A stretch of DNA of 64,000 nucleotides from the NCBI GenBank assembly GCA_963785835.1, contig CAWAWO010000002.1, positions 533,034-597,033 on the forward strand. Direction: 5' to 3'. The stretch comes from an uncultured Actinomycetes bacterium (GTDB lineage: Bacteria > Actinomycetota > UBA4738 > HRBIN12). Shown here one piece after another: positions 1 through 9,934 of this stretch. Under the pieces are notes generated by a model, which was not told the DNA's origin, did no database searches, and saw only the letters and a program-made list of their open reading frames with translations. The position numbers and the translations under genes were made by a program. Each line of letters begins with the position of its first letter. The stretch's first letter is position 1.

Positions 1-1479
1 CCGAGCTCTGCGACCTCACGGCGACCGAGCTCGGCGCCAAGCTCCGAGCCGGCGAGACCACGAGCGCGGAGATCCTCGCCTCGTGCACCGCGCGGATCGA
101 CGCGGTCGACGACCGCGTGCGAGCGTTCCTCACCCGCACGGGCGACCTGGCGCGCGAGCAGGCGGCCGCGGCCGACGACCGGTTCGGTGGCGGCGCGAAC
201 GCCGGCACGCCGGCCGCCGCGGGGATCCCGCTCGCGCTGAAGGACGTGCTCTCGACTCGGGGCGTCACGAGCACCTGCGGATCGAAGATCCTGGAGTCCT
301 ACGTGCCGCCCTACGACTGCACGCCGTGGGCGAGGCTGAAGAGCCGACGGCAGTGTGCTCCTCGGCAAGACCAACTGCGACGAGTTCGCGATGGGGTCGT
401 CGAACGAGAACTCCGCGTTCGGGCCGGTCCACAACCCGTGGAACCTCGACATGGTCCCCGGCGGCTCGAGCGGTGGGAGCGCCGCGGCGGTGGCCGCCGG
501 CATGGCGATCTGGGCACTCGGGACCGACACCGGCGGTTCGGTCCGGCAGCCGGCGGCGCTCTCGGGGGTGGTCGGGTTCAAGCCGACGTACGGGCTCATC
601 AGCCGGTACGGCCTGATCGCGTTCGCGTCCTCGCTCGACACCGTCGGCACGTTCACGCGGAGCGTCCGTGACGCGGTAACGCTGCTGTCGACGATCGCCG
701 GCAAGGACCCGTTGGACGCGACGAGCCTCGACACCTCCCGCCGCGACTACACGGATGGACTCGACGGCGGCGTCGACGGCCTGCGCGTCGGGGTGATCAG
801 GGAAGCGTTCGGTGACGGCGTCGAGCCGGGCGTTCGCGACTCGGTCCGCGCGGGCGTCGACGCGCTCGAGCGGCTCGGCGCGACCGTCGGCGAGGTCTCG
901 CTTCCGCACACGGAGTACGCCGTGTCCGCCTACTACCTGATCGCGCCGAGCGAGGCGTCGTCGAACCTCGCACGCTACGACGGCGTCCGGTACGGGTTGC
1001 GGGTGGAGGGCACGGACTCGGTCGAGATGATGACGAAGACGCGCGGCGCCGGGTTCGGGGCCGAGGTCAAGCGGCGGATCATGCTCGGCACGTACGCGCT
1101 GTCGGCCGGTTATTACGAGGCCTACTACGGCCAGGCGCAGAAGGTGCGAACGCTCATCATCCGCGACTACGAAGCCGCGTTCGCCAACTACGACGTGTTG
1201 GTCTCGCCGACCTCGCCGACGACGGCCTTCCCGATCGGCGCGAAGGTCGACGATCCGCTCGCGATGTACCTGAACGATGTCTTCACGATCCCGGCGAACC
1301 TGTCGGGCATGCCGGCGATCTCGATCCCGAGCGGCCTGGACGAGCAGGGCCTGCCCGTCGGCCTCCAGCTCACGGCCCCGGTGCTCGAGGAGTCCCGGCT
1401 CCTGCGCGCGGCGCACGCGCTCGAACAGGCGATCCGGTTCGAGACGCGGCCGCCGTTGCTGGCCGACCTCGCCGCCTAG
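1..1479 (+). CDS. gatA: Glutamyl-tRNA(Gln) amidotransferase subunit A (GatA). The 5' end lies outside the window, and the frame switches near 338-350.
   Basis: Amidase-signature protein. Frame 0 reads ...[40 protein letters not shown], then frame 1 (ORF 355..1479) continues [46 protein letters not shown].... One extra base near ctgaag-a-gccgac would restore a contiguous GatA. Confidence 0.85.
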
Positions 1480-2471
1480 GCGACGGCGTCGGGTTCGAGG
1501 TCGCCCGAGGTCGGCTCCGGCTGTGGCGCCGTGCTTCCGCTCGAGACGATGAGCGCCACCGCGACCACGATCACGGCCGCCGCGGCGATCGTCCGCAGCC
1601 CCACGGGCTCGTCGAGGATCAGCCAGCCGAGGAACACCGCCACGACGGGCGTGACGTACGCGTAGGTGGCGACGAGCGTCGTGCGCGCGTTCCGCAGCAG
1701 CCACAGGTACGACGTGAACGCGATCAGGGATCCGAACACCACGAGGTAGCCGAGCGCGAGCAGCGAGGCCGTCGAGAACTCCTCGGGATGGATCCGCCCG
1801 AGCTCGCCGATCAGCGCACCGACGAGCAGGAGCAACGCGCCTCCCAGCAGCTGCTGCATCCCGTTCCCGACGAACGGGCGCTTGGGGAGCGGCGCCCTTC
1901 GCGAGTACAGGGATCCGGTCGCCCACGCGATCGACGCGCCGAACGCGAACATCGCGCCGCCCAGGTCGAAGCTCCCCGCCTCGACGCCCTGACCGACGAG
2001 CAGGGCCGTGCCGCCGAACCCGAGGACGAGGCCGATCACCGTTCGGGCGCCGAGCGGCCGCCGGAGCGCGATCCGGTCGAATAGCGCCATCCAGAGTGGC
2101 ACGAGCGCGATGATGAGCGCGACGACACCGGAGGGCACGGTGCGTTCGGCCCACACCACGCCGCCGTTGCCGCCGACGAGAAGGAGTGCGCCGACGATGA
2201 GGGCGGAGCGCCACTGGATCGCCGTGGGACGGTCGCCCTCCCGGTCGCCGCGGCGGATCGCCCACAGGTAGAGCGCCGCTCCCGCGATCACGAAGCGGAC
2301 CCCGGCCGAGAGCAGCGGCGGCATCGTCTCGTTCACGACCCGGATCGCGAGATACGTGGTGCCCCAGATCACGTACACCGTGAGCAGCGGACCCCAGATG
2401 ACCGAGGGGGAATGCTGTGGGGGTATGCCCCGGTCGCTCGCTGCTTCCGCCGGCCGGGTCATGGCCATCAC
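1476..2471 (-). CDS. EamA/DMT-family (drug/metabolite transporter) membrane protein
   Basis: 331-aa ORF with about 10 predicted hydrophobic helices and a duplicated EamA-like pattern ([10 protein letters not shown]..., ...[11 protein letters not shown]). It sits antisense between gatA and gatB and overlaps the gatA stop by 4 nt (CTAG). Confidence 0.7.
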   Translation of the reverse strand: MMAMTRPAEAASDRGIPPQHSPSVIWGPLLTVYVIWGTTYLAIRVVNETMPPLLSAGVRFVIAGAALYLWAIRRGDREGDRPTAIQWRSALIVGALLLVGGNGGVVWAERTVPSGVVALIIALVPLWMALFDRIALRRPLGARTVIGLVLGFGGTALLVGQGVEAGSFDLGGAMFAFGASIAWATGSLYSRRAPLPKRPFVGNGMQQLLGGALLLLVGALIGELGRIHPEEFSTASLLALGYLVVFGSLIAFTSYLWLLRNARTTLVATYAYVTPVVAVFLGWLILDEPVGLRTIAAAAVIVVAVALIVSSGSTAPQPEPTSGDLEPDAVA

Positions 2472-2602
2472 GATACGGAGCCCCGCCCGAAGGCGTCACT
2501 GCCTTGAGGGTATTTGCTGGTTACGCGCCGGAACCGGTCCACCGCAGTCCCCGGCGCCGCGGAAACGGACACGCCGGACCGCTCCGCTACTCTTTGCGCG
2601 AC

Positions 2603-4057
2603 ATGACCGCGTTCGAAAGCGTCGTCGGTCTCGAATGCCACGTCGAGCTGTCGACCACGACCAAGATGTTCTGCGGCTGCCGAAACGAATTCGGGGCGCC
2701 GCCGAACTCGAACGTCTGCCCCGTCTGCCTCGGCTTGCCGGGGTCGCTCCCGGTGCCGAACGAGGAGGCGATCGCGTCGATCGTTCGGATCGGGCTCGCG
2801 CTGGACTGCGAGATCGCCCCCGATTCGCTGTTCCATCGGAAGAACTACTTCTATCCGGACATGCCGAAGGACTACCAGATCAGCCAGTACGACCTGCCGG
2901 TGTGCATCGGTGGTCACCTCGAGATCGACGTCGACGACACGAAGCGGCGGATCGGGATCACCCGCGTGCACATGGAGGAGGACACCGGCAAGACGACGCA
3001 CGCGGGCGCGAGCGGGCGGATCGGCCAGGCCGAGTACGCGCTGGTCGACTACAACCGCGCCGGCGTTCCGCTCGTCGAGGTCGTCTCCGAGCCCGACCTG
3101 CGTTCGCCCGAAGAAGCGCGCGCGTACTTCCTCGAGCTCCGCTCGACGCTCGAGGCGCTCGGGGTGTCGGACGTGCGGATGGAAGAGGGGTCCCTGCGCT
3201 GCGACGCGAACATCTCGACGCGCCGGGCGGGTGAGGACGTGCTCGGCACCAAGGTCGAGATCAAGAACCTCAACTCGGTCCGCTCGCTCGAGCGCGCGCT
3301 CCGCTACGAGGAGGAGCGACAGCGGAAGGCGCTCGAGGCGGGCGAGCCTCTCGTGCAGGAGACGCGGCACTTCGACGAGGGGAACGGCTCGACGCACACG
3401 TTGCGGTCGAAGGAAGAGGCGTTCGACTACCGGTACTTCCCCGAGCCCGACCTGCCGCCGCTCGCGCCCGAGCGCGAGTGGGTGGAGCAGCTCCGCGCCG
3501 GCCTGCCCGAGCTGCCGGCCGCGCGACGGGCGCGCTACGTCGCCGAGCTCGGCGTCACGGCCGAGCAGGCTCGCATCCTGACGCACGCGGGGGCGACCGC
3601 GTCGTTCTTCGAGGAGACCGTCGCGCTCGGCGCCCAGCCGTCGGCGGCCGCGAACTGGATCACCCAGGACCTGGCGGGCCTGCTGAACGCCGCCAAGGTG
3701 GAGCTCCCGGACACGAAGGTGACGCCGCAGCACGTCGCGGATCTCGTTCGCCTGGTCGCCGACGGGACGATCTCGGCCACCGGCGCCAAGCAGGTGCTCG
3801 AGGACGCATTCGAGACCGGCGAGCCGGCGGAAACGATCGTCGAGCGACGGGAGCTCCGGCAGGTGACCGACACCTCGGCGCTCGAGGCCTGGGTCGACGA
3901 GGCGATCGCCGAGAATCCCGAGCCCGTCGAGCAGTTCCGCCGCGGCAAGGAGGGCGCCCTGAACGCGGTCCTCGGCCAGGTCATGAAGCGGTCCGGCGGC
4001 TCGGCGAACCCGAAGGTGGTCCGCGAGCTCCTGCTCGAGCGACTGTCCGGATCTTGA
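2603..4057 (+). CDS. gatB: Aspartyl/glutamyl-tRNA amidotransferase subunit B (GatB)
   Basis: MTAFESVVGLECHVELSTTTKMFCGCRNEFGAPPNSNVCPVCLGLPGSLPV... is a canonical GatB N-terminus with a C-terminal GatB/YqeY domain. The ATG at 2603 is internal to the longer ORF 2417..4057. Confidence 0.9.
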   Translation: MTAFESVVGLECHVELSTTTKMFCGCRNEFGAPPNSNVCPVCLGLPGSLPVPNEEAIASIVRIGLALDCEIAPDSLFHRKNYFYPDMPKDYQISQYDLPVCIGGHLEIDVDDTKRRIGITRVHMEEDTGKTTHAGASGRIGQAEYALVDYNRAGVPLVEVVSEPDLRSPEEARAYFLELRSTLEALGVSDVRMEEGSLRCDANISTRRAGEDVLGTKVEIKNLNSVRSLERALRYEEERQRKALEAGEPLVQETRHFDEGNGSTHTLRSKEEAFDYRYFPEPDLPPLAPEREWVEQLRAGLPELPAARRARYVAELGVTAEQARILTHAGATASFFEETVALGAQPSAAANWITQDLAGLLNAAKVELPDTKVTPQHVADLVRLVADGTISATGAKQVLEDAFETGEPAETIVERRELRQVTDTSALEAWVDEAIAENPEPVEQFRRGKEGALNAVLGQVMKRSGGSANPKVVRELLLERLSGS

Positions 4058-4067
4058 GCCGCGCCCG

Positions 4068-5324
4068 GTGAGGGTCGACCGCACCCGGCCTCGGCGCTAC
4101 CCCTGGTGGCAGCTGATCCTGCTCGGGCTGGTCGGCCTGATCGAGGCGCTGTTCCGGCCGCTCGGGCGCATGTGGCGTTCGGACGAGCCGCTGGACACGT
4201 TCGGGCTCGCCCACTTCGGCAGCGTGGCCGGCGACGCGCTCGTCGCGATCGCGCTCGCCGAGTCGCTCTTCTTCGACATCCCGGTCGGGGAGTCCGCGCC
4301 CAGGGTGGCCGCCTACCTCGCGCTCACGATGGCGCCGCTCGCGGTGGCCGGGCCGTTGCTGGTGCCGCTCCTGGACCGGGCCGGACCGCGGCGGGCGATC
4401 TCGTTCGGCGCCGCGGCGGGCCGAGCCGTCGTCTGCCTCCTGGCGGCGCCGCGGTTCGACACGCTGCTGCTGTTCCCGGCCGCGTTCCTGCTCCTCGTCC
4501 TGTCGAAGGTGCACGCGATCACGAAGAACGGACTCGCGGTCGCGTACGCGGGGCCGCACGAGGGACTGGTGCGTGCCAACGCGCGGCTCGGCCGGATCGC
4601 CGCCGGCGGGGCGTTGCTCGCGATCGGTCCGGGTCTGCTCGCGTTGCAGATCGGCGACGCGCGGTCGGTGCTGTACCTCGGCGCCGTGGTCTACGGCGGG
4701 GCCGCGGCGCTGAACCTGCGACTGCCGCACCCGCGGGTCCGGGGCGGCGACGCCGAGGTCACGAAGACCGGCGCGATCGCGCAGCTCACGGCGCCGGCGA
4801 TCGGGGCCGCGGGCCTCCGCGCCGCGAGCGGCTTCCTGCTGTTCGCCCTCGCGTTCGCGCTGCAGCGGAGCGGCGAGCCGACGTGGTGGTTCGCCGTGCT
4901 TGCAGGTGCGGCCACGGCCGGCGTGTTCCTCGGCGACGTGATCGCTCCACGCCTGCCCGCGAACGTCCGGGAGGAGGCGGTGGTGATCGGCTGCCTGATC
5001 GGCGCCGGCGTGGGGGCGACGTTCTCGTTCTTCGCGTTCGAGCTGCCGGTGCTCGTGCTGTTCGCGCTCGTCGTGGGCGCCTCGTCCGAGCTCGGACGGC
5101 TCGCGTTCCAGACGCTGATGCAACGGCTCGCTCCCGGTGGCGCGCACGGACGGGTGTTCGTCCGGTACGAGGTGGTGTTCCAGCTCGCCTGGGTCGGCGG
5201 CGCGCTGATCCCCGCGGTCGTGCCGATCGACTTCCGAACGGGGTTCCTGATCCTCGCGGCGCTGTACCTCGTGGCCGTGATCGGGTACCTGACGCCGGAC
5301 GTGCTTTCGCGCCGGCGTGGGTAG
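4068..5324 (+). CDS. Polytopic membrane protein, MFS-like transporter
   Basis: 418-aa ORF with GTG start, about 12 hydrophobic segments and high GC3. It has no soluble domain and family assignment is uncertain. Confidence 0.55.
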   Translation: MRVDRTRPRRYPWWQLILLGLVGLIEALFRPLGRMWRSDEPLDTFGLAHFGSVAGDALVAIALAESLFFDIPVGESAPRVAAYLALTMAPLAVAGPLLVPLLDRAGPRRAISFGAAAGRAVVCLLAAPRFDTLLLFPAAFLLLVLSKVHAITKNGLAVAYAGPHEGLVRANARLGRIAAGGALLAIGPGLLALQIGDARSVLYLGAVVYGGAAALNLRLPHPRVRGGDAEVTKTGAIAQLTAPAIGAAGLRAASGFLLFALAFALQRSGEPTWWFAVLAGAATAGVFLGDVIAPRLPANVREEAVVIGCLIGAGVGATFSFFAFELPVLVLFALVVGASSELGRLAFQTLMQRLAPGGAHGRVFVRYEVVFQLAWVGGALIPAVVPIDFRTGFLILAALYLVAVIGYLTPDVLSRRRG

Positions 5325-5357
5325 AGTTACGCGAGATCGAGGCGAGGGAGGTCGGGC

Positions 5358-5675
5358 ATGGCGGAGTGGGTGACGATCGGTTCGGCCGGCGGGGTCCCAG
5401 AGGGCGAGGTGATGTCGTTCAGCGTCGACTCACGCCAGGTTGCGGTCGCCAACGTCGAGGGCGACCTTCACGGGTTCGACGACACGTGCACCCACCAGCA
5501 GTGCTCGCTCGCCGAGGGCGAACTGGACGGCACGATCGTCGAGTGCGCGTGCCATGGCAGCCAGTTCGACGTGATCACCGGCGAGGCGGTGAACGGCCCG
5601 GCCGTCGACCCGGTCGATGTGTTCCAGATGAAGGAAGAGGACGGCCAGCTCAAGGTCCTCGTGAACGAAGAGTGA
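5358..5675 (+). CDS. Rieske [2Fe-2S] ferredoxin (BphA3-type)
   Basis: 105 aa containing the CTHQQCSL (CxH) and CACHGSQF (CxxH) Rieske cluster ligands. Confidence 0.85.
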   Translation: MAEWVTIGSAGGVPEGEVMSFSVDSRQVAVANVEGDLHGFDDTCTHQQCSLAEGELDGTIVECACHGSQFDVITGEAVNGPAVDPVDVFQMKEEDGQLKVLVNEE

Positions 5676-6892
5676 CCACCTTCGTCATCGTCGGCGCCGG
5701 CGTCGCTGGAGCCACCGCGGCCGCCAAGCTCCGTGAGGAGGGGTTCGACGGCGACGTCGTCCTGATTGGCGCCGAGGAGATCGCGCCGTACGAGCGGCCG
5801 CCGCTCTCGAAGGAGTACCTTCGCGGCGAATCCGATCACCACTTCGTCCGCGATCCCGGGTTCTACGAGGAGCAGGGGATCGACGCGCGGTTCGGCGTGC
5901 GCGCCGAACGCCTGAACGTCACCGACCGCGTGGTCGAGCTCGAGGGCGGGGAGCGCGTGGCGTTCGACCAGGCGGTGATCGCCACCGGCTCGCGGAACCG
6001 GCGTCCGAAGATCGAGGGGCTCGACCTTCCCGGTGTCTTCGACCTGCGCTTCGCGCCGGACTCGGACGCGATCCGGGAGGCGGCCAAGAACGGCTCGAAG
6101 GCGGTGCTCGTCGGCATGGGGTTCATCGGTGCCGAGGTGGCGGCCTCGCTCCGACAGCTCGGGCTCGACGTGACGGTGGTGGAGTTCTTCGGCACGCCGC
6201 TCGAGCGGGTCCTGGGGCCGACGCTCGGCGGCGCGATCGAGGCCCTGCACCGCGACCACGGGGTCGAGATGGTCTTCCGCGACGGTGCCGAGCGGTTCGA
6301 AGGCGACGGGCGCTTCGAGGCGATGGTGACGAAGGAGGGCAAGCGGATCGAGGGGGACTTCGCGGTGGTGGGGGTGGGCGTCGAACCGGTGACCGAGGTC
6401 GCCGAGGACGGCGTTGCGGTCGACAACGGCATCCGGGTCGACGCGACGCTCCGGACCGCCGTCGAGGGCGTGTGGGCGATCGGCGACGTGGCGCGCCACG
6501 ACCATCCGGTGTTCGGATCGATCCGAGTGGAGCACTTCGACAACGGGATGAAGATGGGGGAGCACGTCGCGAAGAACCTCCTCGGCGCGAACGAGGTGTT
6601 CGACGACGCGCACTGGTTCTGGTCGGATCAGTACGACGCGCAGATCCAGATGTCCGGGTTCGCCACGGAGTGGGACGATATGGTCGTGCGCGGAAGCATC
6701 GAAGACCTGAGCTTCTCGGCGTTCCTGCTGAAGGACGGCCAGCTGCTGTCGACGTTCAGCATGAACCGTAAGTTCGACGTTCGGCGTTCGATGCCGTTGA
6801 TCGCGACGAAGGCCCATCCCGAGCGCGCCAAGCTCGAGGATCCCGAGTTCGACCTGCGAGAACTCCACCCACCGAAGGAGCCGGCATCGTGA
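5672..6892 (+). CDS. FAD-dependent ferredoxin--NAD(P)+ reductase of the pyridine nucleotide-disulfide oxidoreductase family (BphA4 / putidaredoxin-reductase-like)
   Basis: The GTG start overlaps the Rieske stop (GTGA). It has an N-terminal VIVGAGVAGATAA dinucleotide fold, a second GxGxxG (VLVGMGFIGAEVA) and a C-terminal reductase dimerisation region. It is the only real part of the 928-aa frame ORF 4106..6892. Confidence 0.85.
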   Translation: MTTFVIVGAGVAGATAAAKLREEGFDGDVVLIGAEEIAPYERPPLSKEYLRGESDHHFVRDPGFYEEQGIDARFGVRAERLNVTDRVVELEGGERVAFDQAVIATGSRNRRPKIEGLDLPGVFDLRFAPDSDAIREAAKNGSKAVLVGMGFIGAEVAASLRQLGLDVTVVEFFGTPLERVLGPTLGGAIEALHRDHGVEMVFRDGAERFEGDGRFEAMVTKEGKRIEGDFAVVGVGVEPVTEVAEDGVAVDNGIRVDATLRTAVEGVWAIGDVARHDHPVFGSIRVEHFDNGMKMGEHVAKNLLGANEVFDDAHWFWSDQYDAQIQMSGFATEWDDMVVRGSIEDLSFSAFLLKDGQLLSTFSMNRKFDVRRSMPLIATKAHPERAKLEDPEFDLRELHPPKEPAS

Positions 6893-7110
6893 TCCAGCCG
6901 AACATCACGCACATGCCCTGCGACCTGAACCAGCAGCAGAAGCGGAACGACGCCCGCAAGGACTCGGTCGCGCGTGCGGCAGGCTGGCGGATGGGCAGGC
7001 GCTCACTCCTCGACCAGGTGCTGGGCCGCGGAACGCCGGCGCTCGAGCTCTCGGCCGCGGACCTCAGCCCGTGCGAGACCGAAGACGCCTTCCACGGCTT
7101 CTTGGTCTAG
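6889..7110 (+). CDS. Hypothetical small protein (73 aa), translationally coupled to the reductase
   Basis: The GTG start overlaps the reductase TGA (GTGA). Third-position GC is about 90% in this frame, which is the coding signature in this genome. There are no recognisable motifs and it has two Cys. Its stop shares a CTAG tetranucleotide with the convergent M23 gene stop. Confidence 0.35.
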   Translation: MIQPNITHMPCDLNQQQKRNDARKDSVARAAGWRMGRRSLLDQVLGRGTPALELSAADLSPCETEDAFHGFLV

Positions 7111-8213
7111 AGGTCGGCGAAGACCTCCGCCTCGAGCGCGCTGTTCACACCGCACCCGGGCAGGGGCGTCGAGCCGTCACCTTCGATCTCCAGGTGCACG
7201 TGCCGGCCGCCCAGCCCGTGATCCTGGGTCTGCGAGCGGAACGGGAACAGCCGCGCGCGACCGATGACGGTGTGGGAGACCCGCACGTGGTCGCCGCGGT
7301 CGACGCGCGGGTCGACGACGTGGAAGATCTGCACCGTGCGCCGGGGCGCGTCGGCGGGCCGGATCGCGACGCGGACGTCCCGCCATTCGCAGTACAGGCG
7401 GTACGAGGTCACCCTGATCACCGTGCCGGTGACGGGCGCGAGCACGGGTTCGGAGCGCGCGAGGACGTCGTCCGAGCCCGAGGTCGGGGGCGTTCCTCGG
7501 TTGCGGCTGTCCATCACGATGTATCCGGGTCCGAGCCTGTTCGGCGGCGGGTCGTAGGCGGGGTTCGCGTTCCGCAGGAGCCGGCCGATCGGACGAAGGG
7601 CGGCCGCGGCGCCGAACAGCGACTCATGGAACGTGATGCCCAGCGCCTCGCGGGCCGGCACGCGAAGCGTCACACCTGCCGCGCGCGCGAACGCGGCCGT
7701 GACCGTTCGAACGGTCGCCCGCACGGCGTCGGTTCGGCCGGAGGAGGAAACCGTCAGTCTCCATGAACCCGTGCGATCGATCGGCGCGCGCCTCTCGACG
7801 GCGACCCGGATCCGAAGGGTTCGCGTGGCGCCCGGCGGGACGTCCTCGAACACGTACGTGCCTCGGACGACCCGCCCGGTGATGCGGTCGTCCCCCGAGC
7901 CGCCCTCGAGGTACCGAACCGTGAACACGGCGCCGCCATGATCGCCGTCGACGACGAACGAGCCCGGCGCGTTCCCCGTGTTCTCGACCCGGACGAAGAA
8001 CGTCCTGCGGAGCCGGGCCTGTTGCTCCGCCGACGCCGACCTTGCGAAACGCTCCTCCCTCGCGGATCGGATGGAGGCTCGAGGAACCGCCGACCCCCCG
8101 GCGGAGGCGGAGGGTGCGCCCGCGAGGACGAGCAGGATCGCGAAGGTGCAGGCGGCGGCTAGTCGGTGTCCGCGGGCACGAGACACGGTGCTCGATTCCA
8201 CCGCAGCCAGCAC
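7107..8213 (-). CDS. Secreted peptidase M23 (LytM-domain) family protein
   Basis: N-terminal signal peptide (HRLAAACTFAILLVLAGAPSASA). The C-terminal LytM fold has PVLAPVTGTVIRV and GRHVHLEIEG (HxH) motifs. The upstream HxxxD motif is not obvious (SGSDD), so catalytic competence is uncertain. Confidence 0.7.
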   Translation of the reverse strand: MLAAVESSTVSRARGHRLAAACTFAILLVLAGAPSASAGGSAVPRASIRSAREERFARSASAEQQARLRRTFFVRVENTGNAPGSFVVDGDHGGAVFTVRYLEGGSGDDRITGRVVRGTYVFEDVPPGATRTLRIRVAVERRAPIDRTGSWRLTVSSSGRTDAVRATVRTVTAAFARAAGVTLRVPAREALGITFHESLFGAAAALRPIGRLLRNANPAYDPPPNRLGPGYIVMDSRNRGTPPTSGSDDVLARSEPVLAPVTGTVIRVTSYRLYCEWRDVRVAIRPADAPRRTVQIFHVVDPRVDRGDHVRVSHTVIGRARLFPFRSQTQDHGLGGRHVHLEIEGDGSTPLPGCGVNSALEAEVFADL

Positions 8214-8256
8214 GGGCGGTCAAGCGTCCTGTCGGCTCAGCCCCCCGTGCGGAGGA

Positions 8257-9036
8257 TCAGTCGACGGTCAGTCGCGGAGCGATCTCTTCGGGCTTGCCCT
8301 CCGCCTCGACCTTGCCGTCGCGGAACAGCACCACACGGTTCGCGTAGCGGAGCACCTCGGGGTTGTGGGTCGCAGCGAGCACCGCGCCGCCGCGGCGGAT
8401 CACCTCCCACAGCGCCTCGAGGATCAGGTCGGCGTTCTCCGTGTCGACCTCGGCGATCGGCTCGTCGGCCAGGACCACCTCGGGCTCGGAGATGAGCGCT
8501 CGCGCAACGGCGACGCGTTGCTGCTGCCCGGCCGACAGCTCGAACGTCCGGTTGTGGAGCCGGTCGCCGAGCCCGAGTCGCGCGAGCCACATCTCGGCGC
8601 GACTGCGCGCCTCGTCGAGGTTCGTCCCCGAGACGCGCAGCGGCAGCTCGGCGTTCTCCATCGCCGAGAGCGTGGGCAGCAGGCCGAAGCTCTGGAACAC
8701 GAAGCCCATCCCGGTGCGCCGGAGCTCGATCTGCTCGTCGAACGACAGACGTCGGATCGGCCGGCCCTTCCAGCGCACCTCGCCCTCGTCCGGCGCGTCG
8801 AGACCCGACAGCACGCCGAGGAACGTGGTCTTGCCCGACCCCGACGGGCCCATGAGCGCGACGAAGTCCTTCGGCGGCAGCAGGAGAGACGCGCCCCGCA
8901 CCGCCTGGACGCCGTGCGGGCCGCGGTAGGTCCGGACGATGTCGGTCGCCGCGAGCAGCGGCTCGCGCTCGGGGGCAGCGACCGCCCCCGGGGCTCGGGT
9001 CTCCGCGCCTCGGGCTCGCCACGTCCGCTCACTCAC
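8257..9036 (-). CDS. ABC transporter ATP-binding protein (MacB/LolD/FtsE-like), ATPase 2
   Basis: Walker A GPSGSGKTT, signature LSAGQQQRVAVARAL, Walker B VVLADEP and H-loop ATHN. The probable GTG start at 9036 lies just after the upstream ATPase stop. Confidence 0.8.
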   Translation of the reverse strand: MSERTWRARGAETRAPGAVAAPEREPLLAATDIVRTYRGPHGVQAVRGASLLLPPKDFVALMGPSGSGKTTFLGVLSGLDAPDEGEVRWKGRPIRRLSFDEQIELRRTGMGFVFQSFGLLPTLSAMENAELPLRVSGTNLDEARSRAEMWLARLGLGDRLHNRTFELSAGQQQRVAVARALISEPEVVLADEPIAEVDTENADLILEALWEVIRRGGAVLAATHNPEVLRYANRVVLFRDGKVEAEGKPEEIAPRLTVD

Positions 9037-9934
9037 CGACGAGCCCTCCTTCACCGCGCCGGCGGATCCGCACCTCGCCGTCGCGAACCTCGACCTCGAG
9101 GTCGACACCGGCGAGCGCGTCGACGGCCTCGTCGGGCAGGCGCGCCTTCCCGTCCGAACCGAGCGACTCCATCGGCTTGCCCTCGACGAGCAGCTGGCCA
9201 TCGCGCAAACGAAGCTGCCGGCTCGCTTCCTTCGCCGCGAGCAGGTCGTGGGTGACCATCACGATCGTGACGCCGAACTCGTGGTTGACGCTCTGGAACG
9301 CGTCCAGCACGAGCGCGGCGGACTCGCTGTCGAGCTCGGCCGTGGGCTCGTCGGCGAGCAGGATCTTCGGCACGTTCGAGAGCGCCACGGCCACCGCCAC
9401 ACGCTGCTGCTCCCCGCCCGAGAGCTGCCCGGGGCGGTGCTTGCCGCGGTTGGGGAGCCCCACGACCTCGAGCAGCTCGCGTGGCGTCCGCCGCGATGCC
9501 GGCACCCTCACGCCGCTCGCGGTCGAGGGCAGCCGCACGTTCTCGACCACGTTCAGGTACGGGACGAGGTTGCGCGCCGTCCCCTGCCAGACGAACCCGA
9601 CCCGGTCGCGCCGGTACTCGGTGAGGGCGTCCTCCTCCAGCCGCCCGAGATCGCGACCCTCGACCTCCACGATGCCTGCGGTCGGCCGGTCGAGCCCGCC
9701 GATCATGTTCAGGATCGTCGACTTGCCCGAGCCGCTCGGGCCGACGATCGCGACGAACTCGCCCTCGGCGATGTCGAAGTCCACGCCCCCGAGCGCGACC
9801 ACGCCGGTGTCCGCGACCCGGTAGATCTTGAAGACGTGCCGGAACCGGATCAGCGGGGTCCCGGCCGCGCCCGGTGACTCGGTCGCCACCGGGGCGCCGA
9901 CCGTCCGCGCGTCACCGCGTGAGACGGCGCTCAT
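9029..9934 (-). CDS. ABC transporter ATP-binding protein (MacB-like), ATPase 1, with a roughly 60-aa C-terminal extension
   Basis: Walker A GPSGSGKST, signature LSGGEQQRVAVAVAL, Walker B ILLADEP and VTHD. It overlaps the permease stop by 4 nt. Confidence 0.85.
   Translation of the reverse strand: MSAVSRGDARTVGAPVATESPGAAGTPLIRFRHVFKIYRVADTGVVALGGVDFDIAEGEFVAIVGPSGSGKSTILNMIGGLDRPTAGIVEVEGRDLGRLEEDALTEYRRDRVGFVWQGTARNLVPYLNVVENVRLPSTASGVRVPASRRTPRELLEVVGLPNRGKHRPGQLSGGEQQRVAVAVALSNVPKILLADEPTAELDSESAALVLDAFQSVNHEFGVTIVMVTHDLLAAKEASRQLRLRDGQLLVEGKPMESLGSDGKARLPDEAVDALAGVDLEVEVRDGEVRIRRRGEGGLVGE

Noticed and set aside
4106-6892. 928-aa ORF covering the MFS-like gene, the Rieske gene and the reductase
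   Set aside because: Only the last 406 codons (from the GTG at 5672) match a real protein (ferredoxin reductase). The upstream part is an out-of-frame read-through of other genes.
5358-6892. Rieske ferredoxin/reductase as redox partners of the P450 at 44900
   Set aside because: They are 39 kb apart with unrelated genes between them. Rieske-type ferredoxins are not the usual P450 partners. The idea is kept only as an open question.
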